IMG/VR virus record: IMGVR_UViG_3300045912_000596
Coordinates: 1 to 38,002 of that record
Source: a virus
Lineage: Duplodnaviria; Caudoviricetes
Direction: 5' to 3' (one strand)
DNA: 38,002 nucleotides
The translations under genes were made by a program, and so were the position numbers. The notes under the pieces are model-generated. The model did no database searches. It had not been told where the DNA came from and saw nothing but the letters and a program-made list of their open reading frames with translations. The stretch's first letter is position 1; each line of letters opens with the position of its first letter. This document shows, in pieces, positions 32,137 to 38,002 of this stretch.

Positions 32137-34305
32137 ATGGCCGACGCCACTCGCCGCGTCTCGGTGCGCCTCTCGCTGGACGATGCCGCCCGGGTCAAGG
32201 CCGGGCTGCGCGAGGTCGGCGAGACCGGCCAGCGCTCCCTCGACCAGATCAAGGGCGGCGCCGAGCGCGCCTCCCGCTCCCTCGAACTGCTCGACGTCGC
32301 CACCCGCGGCATCCAGATCGCCGGCGTGGCGGTCGCCGCGCGGGCCCTGGTCCAGGCCGGCGATGCGCTGACCCAGGGCATCTCCCGCCTGCAGAACGCC
32401 ACGGGCTCAGTGGAGCGCGCGGGCCAGGTCTACGAGGCGCTCTACCGCAACGCGCTGCAGACCGGCGTCGCCGTCTCCGAGAGCGTCGACGCCTTCCAGC
32501 GCTTCTCGATCGCCGCGCGCGAGATCGGCGCCACCTCCGACCAGGTGGTCCGCCTCGTCGGCGGCCTGCAACGCGTCGCGATCGTCTCCGGCGCGTCCAC
32601 CCAGGAGATCAGCAGCGCCACGCTCCAGCTCGCCCAGGCGCTGGCCTCCGGCGTGCTGCAGGGCGACGAGCTGCGCTCCATCCTCGAGGCCATGCCGCTG
32701 CTGGCCGAGGGCCTCGCGCGCGAGCTCGGCGTCTCCATCGGCGAGCTCCGCAAGCTCGGCTCCGAGGGCAAGCTCACCGCCGAGCGGGTGTTCCCGGCGC
32801 TGCTGCGCGCCACGGAGCGCCTCGGCGCCGAACTCGACCGCGCGCCCCTCTCGCTCGGCCGCGCCTTTGGACAACTGACGGCGGCGACCGAAAACTTCCT
32901 CGGCCAGCTCGACCGCGCCATCGGCCTGTCCAACGCGCTGGCCCGCGCGCTCTCGGCCGCGGCGCGCGCGGTGGACAGCGTCCGCCAGGGCGCCGGGCTG
33001 CGCAGCGAGGAGGAGCGCCTCGCCGGCCTGCGCCGCCAGGCCGAGGCGCTCTCGGTGCAGATCGGCCGGCTGGAGAGCGAGGGCGACGGCCGCGACAGCC
33101 TGCGCGCGCCGGTCCGCCGCGGCAGCATCCGCCCCGGCCTGGTCGGCGCCGCCGAGCAGCAGGCCGGCGTCGACAGCCGGGCGCGGCTGGAGGAGCTGCG
33201 TCGTGACTACTTCGCCACCCTTGCCGAGATCGACACCGCCGAGCGGGAGTCGCTGAACCGCCGCCTGGAGGAGCAGGAGCGGGCCGGCCAGGCCGCGGCA
33301 GACGCCCGCCGACGCCGCGCCACGCAGGACGTCCAGGAGCTCACCCGCGACCTCGACGACCGCTTCCGGATCAACCGGGAATACGAGGAGCGGGTCCGCC
33401 GGCTGCGCGAGGCCGAGGCCGCGGGCGGTGTCACCGCCGCCGAGCGCACCCGCCTCGAGACCTTGGCGCTGCAGGAGCGCGACGAGGCGCTGCGCCGGCT
33501 GGAACCGCGTATCGCCGCAGTGCGCCGCGCCAGCACCGAGGGCGCGCGGGAGGCGCGTGACGCCGAGCGGCAGCTGAACGACTTGTTGCGCGAGCGCGAG
33601 CGGCTGATCCAGGACAACGAGACCGCGTACGAGCGCTACCAGCGCCGGCTGGAGCGGCTCGCCGACCTGGTGCAGCGTGCCGAGCGCGCCGGCCGGCCGA
33701 TCCCGGACGAGACGATAGGGCGGGAGGCGCAGCGCGCGCTTGAGGACCTGGAGGAGGCCGAGCGCCGTCTCCAGCGCAGCACGGAGGGAACGCGCGAGGC
33801 GGCGCGGGAGCTGGGCTTCGCGTTCTCCTCGGCCTTCGAGGACGCGATCGTCCGCGGCGACAAGCTGTCGAAGGTCATGCAGGGTCTGCTGCAGGACATC
33901 ACCCGCATCATCGCGCGGCGCACCATCACCGAGCCGCTGGGCAACGCCGTGTCGGCGGGCCTCACCAGCCTCGGCGCCGGCAGCTGGTTCGACGGCATCG
34001 GCTCCTGGCTCGGCGGGCTCTTTCGGGCCGAGGGCGGCCCGGTGGCAGCCGGCCAGCCCTACATCGTCGGCGAGCGTGGCCCGGAGTGGTTCGTGCCCGA
34101 CCGCGGCGGGACGGTGCTGCCGAACGGCATGGCACCGGGCGGGCCGGTCATCCAGCAGACCATCAACATCGACGCGCGCGGTGCCGATGCCGGCGTCGAG
34201 GCGCGGTTGCGGCTGCTCGCCGGGCAGATCGCGCGGCAGGCCTCGGCGATGACGCTGGACGCCATCCGCCGCGGCGGCAGCGCCTACGAGACGGTGCGCG
34301 GCTGA
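32137..34305 (+). CDS. Tail tape measure protein
   Basis: QLAQALASGVLQGDELRSILE tape-measure motif; long helical body; C-terminal RAEGGPV..GQPYIVGERGPEWFVP. Confidence 0.93.
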   Translation: MADATRRVSVRLSLDDAARVKAGLREVGETGQRSLDQIKGGAERASRSLELLDVATRGIQIAGVAVAARALVQAGDALTQGISRLQNATGSVERAGQVYEALYRNALQTGVAVSESVDAFQRFSIAAREIGATSDQVVRLVGGLQRVAIVSGASTQEISSATLQLAQALASGVLQGDELRSILEAMPLLAEGLARELGVSIGELRKLGSEGKLTAERVFPALLRATERLGAELDRAPLSLGRAFGQLTAATENFLGQLDRAIGLSNALARALSAAARAVDSVRQGAGLRSEEERLAGLRRQAEALSVQIGRLESEGDGRDSLRAPVRRGSIRPGLVGAAEQQAGVDSRARLEELRRDYFATLAEIDTAERESLNRRLEEQERAGQAAADARRRRATQDVQELTRDLDDRFRINREYEERVRRLREAEAAGGVTAAERTRLETLALQERDEALRRLEPRIAAVRRASTEGAREARDAERQLNDLLRERERLIQDNETAYERYQRRLERLADLVQRAERAGRPIPDETIGREAQRALEDLEEAERRLQRSTEGTREAARELGFAFSSAFEDAIVRGDKLSKVMQGLLQDITRIIARRTITEPLGNAVSAGLTSLGAGSWFDGIGSWLGGLFRAEGGPVAAGQPYIVGERGPEWFVPDRGGTVLPNGMAPGGPVIQQTINIDARGADAGVEARLRLLAGQIARQASAMTLDAIRRGGSAYETVRG

Positions 34306-34312
34306 GCGCCTG

Positions 34313-34549
34313 TCAGCGTTGGTATGATCTGCACGTCGCTGCCGGCAACTCTCCGAGGAAACGTCGGACGCTTTCGCCGCAGATAACCGTCCGGTGCCCG
34401 ATCTTCATCGCGCGCAATCGCCCTTCGCCGATCAAGCGATAGATCGTGCTTCGGCCAACACCGATCAGCGGCCCGAGTTCGCTGATCCGATATGCCAGCA
34501 CCGAGTTCCGCGTCGGTGCCGGCGCGCCGTTCATCTCCATGGGCTTCAT
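34313..34549 (-). CDS. Excisionase/AlpA-like HTH_17 protein; antisense moron
   Basis: LAYRISELGPLIGVGRSTIYRLIGEGRLRAMKIGHRTVI; start may be 34549, 34540 or 34534. Confidence 0.75.
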   Translation of the reverse strand: MKPMEMNGAPAPTRNSVLAYRISELGPLIGVGRSTIYRLIGEGRLRAMKIGHRTVICGESVRRFLGELPAATCRSYQR

Positions 34550-34638
34550 CCTCGTGTCTGCCTGCTGCGCGACGATTCGCGCGAGCAACAGCGTCACGAG
34601 CCGTCCGGGCCATCCCTTGTCGGCAAGAGGGCAGTGCT

Positions 34639-35325
34639 GTGACCGAATACGCCTGGCCCGAGGCGCTGCGACCCTCGCGGCTGACCTTCTACCTGCAGCA
34701 CAACACCACGCGGTTCGTCTCGCCGATCACCCGCGCCACGCAGGTGCTCCGTCGCGAGGGCGCGCGCTGGGTCGCGCAGGCGACCTTCGACCCGCTCGAC
34801 CGCGTGCGCGCCGGCCTCCTCGAAGGGCTGCTCGCGGCGCTCGCCGGCTCGGTGAACACGGTCCGGATCTGGGACTGGCGGCGCGAGTTCCGCACCGGCG
34901 ATCCGCGGGTGCAGGGCGACGTGCCGAGCGGGCCCTTCTCATTCAACGATGCGACGATCTTCACGGACGGCACCGGCCTCGTGGTGGGCTCCGGCAACCC
35001 GGCGCTGGCCGCCGGCGCGCCACGCGGCGCGCTCGCGATCCAGACCGCGGGCTGGTGGCCGAACGGCGTGGCGGTCGGCGCCGGCGACCTCATCGGCCTG
35101 GCGGGGCGGCTCTACATCGCCACCGAGACGGTCACCGCTTCCGGTGCCGGCACCGCCACCATCCCGATCGCGCCGCCACTGCGCGAGGCACTGCTGATTA
35201 ACCAGCCGCTGGTGCTCAGCAAGCCCACCGTCGCCATGCGCCTCGTCTCTGACGACGAGGCCGCCAACCCGACCCGGCCGGGCCGCTTCACGGCGATCAC
35301 CGTCCGCCTCGAGGAAGCACTCTGA
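34639..35325 (+). CDS. Distal tail protein-like
   Basis: AGAGG RBS and GTG start; FVSPITRATQVLRREGARW...IAPPLR; first tail gene after the TMP. Confidence 0.75.
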   Translation: MTEYAWPEALRPSRLTFYLQHNTTRFVSPITRATQVLRREGARWVAQATFDPLDRVRAGLLEGLLAALAGSVNTVRIWDWRREFRTGDPRVQGDVPSGPFSFNDATIFTDGTGLVVGSGNPALAAGAPRGALAIQTAGWWPNGVAVGAGDLIGLAGRLYIATETVTASGAGTATIPIAPPLREALLINQPLVLSKPTVAMRLVSDDEAANPTRPGRFTAITVRLEEAL

Positions 35326-35900
35326 TGTCGGACACCCACGGCACGCCACGGCTGTCGCCGCATGCCGCGGCCTCCGCCACCTCGCCGGTCGCCGCGCCAG
35401 TCGTGCTGGTCGAGCTCGATTTCGCGTCGGGTCCCTTCCGCGCCTGGACCGGCCTCGGCCAGCTGAATTGGGCGGGGAAGGTGTTCGAGGGCGTCGGCTC
35501 GATCGGCGCGGTCGGCGAGGTCGAGGAGACGGTGGAGCTCCGCGCCGTACGGCTGACGCTCGCGCTCTCGCCGGTGCCGCAGGAGGTGGTGGACATCGCG
35601 CTGGCCGAGCGGAGCTTCCGGCTGCGCTCGGCTCGGCTCTGGGGCGCGCTGCTGGACGCCGAGGGCGCCTTCGTGGCCGCCCCGTTCCCGCTCTGGGCGG
35701 GGCTGATGGACACGATGGAGGTGACGGACGGCGCCGAGCCACGGGTCGCGCTGACCTGCGAGAGCCGCCTCGTGGACCTCGAGCGCGCCGAGGTGCGCCG
35801 CTACACCGACGCCGACCAGCAGGCCGAGTACCCGGGCGACCGCTTCTTCGAATACGTCCCCGCCCTGCAGGAGGCCGAGATCCGGCTGCCCGCCCAGTGA
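35325..35900 (+). CDS. Tail tip/hub protein (gpL-position)
   Basis: LVELDFASGPFRAWTGLG...GLMDTM...ESRLVDLER...YTDADQQAEYPGDRFFEYV. Confidence 0.75.
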   Translation: MSDTHGTPRLSPHAAASATSPVAAPVVLVELDFASGPFRAWTGLGQLNWAGKVFEGVGSIGAVGEVEETVELRAVRLTLALSPVPQEVVDIALAERSFRLRSARLWGALLDAEGAFVAAPFPLWAGLMDTMEVTDGAEPRVALTCESRLVDLERAEVRRYTDADQQAEYPGDRFFEYVPALQEAEIRLPAQ

Positions 35901-36250
35901 CGCGGCGGCCGGACTGGGCGGTGCGGCTGGCAGCGCTGCTGTCGGCGGTGGAGACGCGCCCCTTCGACGCCCATCGATGGAACTGCGGGCGCTTCGCGCT
36001 GGCCGCCGTCGAGGCGGTGACGGGGGAGCGGCCCGCCTTCCGGGTGCAGCCCGATCTGGCCGCCTCTGCCGACAGCGCCGGCTTCCCGCGCGTGCCGCCG
36101 CTGCGGGCCCGCATGGGCGACATCGTCCTCGCCCCGGATCCCGACCGGCTCGGCGTGGTGCTCGACGCCGGCCGCGTCGCCTTCGTCGGCCCACGCGGCC
36201 TCGTGCGGGCGCCGATCACCCTCTGCACCACCGCCTGGAGGATCGGCTGA
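35897..36250 (+). CDS. Short NlpC/P60-like tail assembly protein (DUF6950/gpK-position)
   Basis: RRPDWAVRL...PFDAHRWNCGRFALAAVEAVTG...GDIV...AWRI. Confidence 0.7.
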   Translation: MTRRPDWAVRLAALLSAVETRPFDAHRWNCGRFALAAVEAVTGERPAFRVQPDLAASADSAGFPRVPPLRARMGDIVLAPDPDRLGVVLDAGRVAFVGPRGLVRAPITLCTTAWRIG

Positions 36251-36251
36251 C

Positions 36252-38002
36252 ATGCCCGCCGCCGTTCCCCTCATCGCCGTCGTTGCTGGCGGCGTCGCCT
36301 CCGCCGCGGTCGGCGGCGGCATCATCGGCGCGATCGTCGGCGCCGGCGCCGCCTTCGTGGTCTCGACGATCGGCGCCTCGGTCTTTCCGGCCAAGCGGCC
36401 GACGGCGCCGACGCCGACCACCTCGCTGCGCCCCGGCGACGATCCCACCGCGCCCGGCGCCGGCCGCACCCAGTCCTTCCGCCAGCCGATCACCGAGCAT
36501 CAGATCGTCTTCGGCCGCTGCAAGGTCGGCGGGCCGATCGTCTTCATCCACTCGGCCACCGACAACGCCGGCCGCGCCGATGGCTGGTTCTACGCCGTCG
36601 TCGTGCTCGCCGCGCACCGCGTCCGCGCCATCGGCGACGTCTGGCTCGGCGACACCCTCGCGACCGACAGCAAGTTCTCCGGCCTGGTGCGCATCGACCG
36701 CCACCTCGGCGACCCGGACCAGGCGGCCAACGCCAATCTGATCGTCGAGACCGGCGGCAAGTGGACCGCCGAGCACCGCGGCCGCGGCCGCGCCTACGTC
36801 GCCGTCCGCCTCAAGATCACCGCCGAGGCCTTCCCGTCCGGCCCGCCGAACATTGCCGCTTTGGTCGAGGGTGCGGACACCATCCTCGACCCGCGCACCG
36901 GCGCGACCGGCTGGTCCGACAACCCGGCGCTCTGCCTGGCCTGGTACCTGACCGCCCCCTTCGGCTGGAAGGCCTCCTGGGACGATATCGACATCCCCGC
37001 GCTCATCGCCGCGGCGAACATCTGCGACGAGCTGATCGGCACCCGGGCCGGCGTCACCGAGCGGCGCTACACGGTGAACGGCCGCGTCTCGCTGGGCGAG
37101 GGAAAGATCGCCATCACCCGCAAGCTGGTCGCGGCCATGGCCGGCGCGCTGGTGGTCTCGGGCGGTCGGTTCTTCATCCACGCCGGCGGGCCGGCGCTGC
37201 CGGTGGCGACGCTCACCTCGGACGACCTGCGTGGGGACGTGACCATCCAGGGCAGCCGGCCGCGGCGCGATCTCTTCAACGGGGTGCGGGCCGTCTACGT
37301 CGATCCCGCGAAGAACTGGCAGCCGACCGACGCGCCGCCGCTGTTGGCCTCGAACTATGTCACCGAGGATGGCGGCGAGCAGATCTACCGCGACCTCGAG
37401 TTCCCGCTGACCACCTCGGTCGCGACCGTGCAGCGGCTGATGAAGGCGGAACTGGAACGCATCCGCCGCCAGCGCGAGGTCGCCTTCCCGGCCAACCTCT
37501 CCGCCCTGCGGCTGCGGCCCTGGGACGGGGTGACGGTCGCCCTCGACCGGGTCGGGCCCTTCCCGGCACGGGTGACCGGCTGGCGGCTGTCGCCGGATGG
37601 CGGCGTGGACCTCACCCTGTCGGAGGAGGACCCCGCCGTCTGGGACTGGAACCCGGCGGTGGACGAGCGCGCCGCCGGCGACAGCCCCTCCGTGGTGCTG
37701 CCGAACCCGGGGGTGATCGCCGCCCCGGCCAGCATCAGCGTGGACACGCCGACCGGCAGCGCCTTTGCCGCCCTCGGCGTCTCCTGGTCGGCTGTCGGCA
37801 GTGCCTACCTGGCCGGCTACGAGCTCGAGTTTCGCCCCGCCTCCGTGGCCACCTGGCAGGGCTACGGCGGCGCCCTGGGCGCGACCGCGGCCTCGATCCC
37901 CACCGCCGAGCCAACCGGCTTCCGGGCGCGCGCCGTGGCGCGCAGCGGGGCGGTGTCGGGCTGGCGGGAGGCGGCCATCCCCGGCGCCGTCACCGCGCCC
38001 GC
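36252..38002 (+). CDS. Central tail tip attachment protein (gpJ-like), 3'-truncated
   Basis: Frame appears open to the window end; hydrophobic N-terminus, IVFGRCKVGG, WSDNPALCLAWYL, AAANICDE, RYTVNG. Confidence 0.88.
   Translation, partial: MPAAVPLIAVVAGGVASAAVGGGIIGAIVGAGAAFVVSTIGASVFPAKRPTAPTPTTSLRPGDDPTAPGAGRTQSFRQPITEHQIVFGRCKVGGPIVFIHSATDNAGRADGWFYAVVVLAAHRVRAIGDVWLGDTLATDSKFSGLVRIDRHLGDPDQAANANLIVETGGKWTAEHRGRGRAYVAVRLKITAEAFPSGPPNIAALVEGADTILDPRTGATGWSDNPALCLAWYLTAPFGWKASWDDIDIPALIAAANICDELIGTRAGVTERRYTVNGRVSLGEGKIAITRKLVAAMAGALVVSGGRFFIHAGGPALPVATLTSDDLRGDVTIQGSRPRRDLFNGVRAVYVDPAKNWQPTDAPPLLASNYVTEDGGEQIYRDLEFPLTTSVATVQRLMKAELERIRRQREVAFPANLSALRLRPWDGVTVALDRVGPFPARVTGWRLSPDGGVDLTLSEEDPAVWDWNPAVDERAAGDSPSVVLPNPGVIAAPASISVDTPTGSAFAALGVSWSAVGSAYLAGYELEFRPASVATWQGYGGALGATAASIPTAEPTGFRARAVARSGAVSGWREAAIPGAVTAP

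Larger units (their letters stand above)
1..38002 (+). mobile_element. Temperate siphovirus-type prophage, internal segment with both ends outside the window
   Basis: Continuous, translationally coupled (ATGA/GTGA/TGATG overlaps) run of replication, terminase, portal, capsid, tail tube, tape measure and tail-tip genes. Confidence 0.97.

Noticed and set aside
1-38002. Gene transfer agent, tailocin, diversity-generating retroelement or retron
   Set aside because: A full replication module and cos-type terminase argue for a true prophage; no reverse transcriptase, sheath gene or template/variable repeat pair was seen.

Overview
The whole window lies inside one high-GC (roughly 70% or more by eye) temperate siphovirus-type prophage, probably from an alphaproteobacterium (host is an inference). 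Both ends are cut off, and no integrase, repressor or att site is visible. Gene order on the + strand: regulators (Zn-ribbon/wHTH protein, sigma-70-like factor, HTH proteins); recombination and replication genes (Hjc-like resolvase, AAA_24/Sak4-like ATPase, DUF669 SSB-like protein, Cas4-like exonuclease, SF2 helicase, prim-pol/PriCT-2 primase-helicase); a candidate iteron origin; a late regulator; a lambda-like cos candidate; two tandem ParB-methyltransferases; an accessory island (ParDE, DUF3489, small ORFs behind a duplicated leader); a lambda-type packaging and head module; a lysis pair; and a non-contractile tail module with a -1 frameshift chaperone and two antisense morons. The most notable signals are: an HTH gene carrying a palindrome that recurs 19 kb away in the terminase gene; a phased DnaA-box array abutting the capsid start codon; a stand-alone FtsH (M41) protease-domain moron; a duplicated, identically spaced leader; a cosQ/cosN/cosB/IHF-like site 5.8 kb from terminase; and a probable ATC start for the terminase large subunit. 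All family calls come from recognising motifs by eye, not from database searches.
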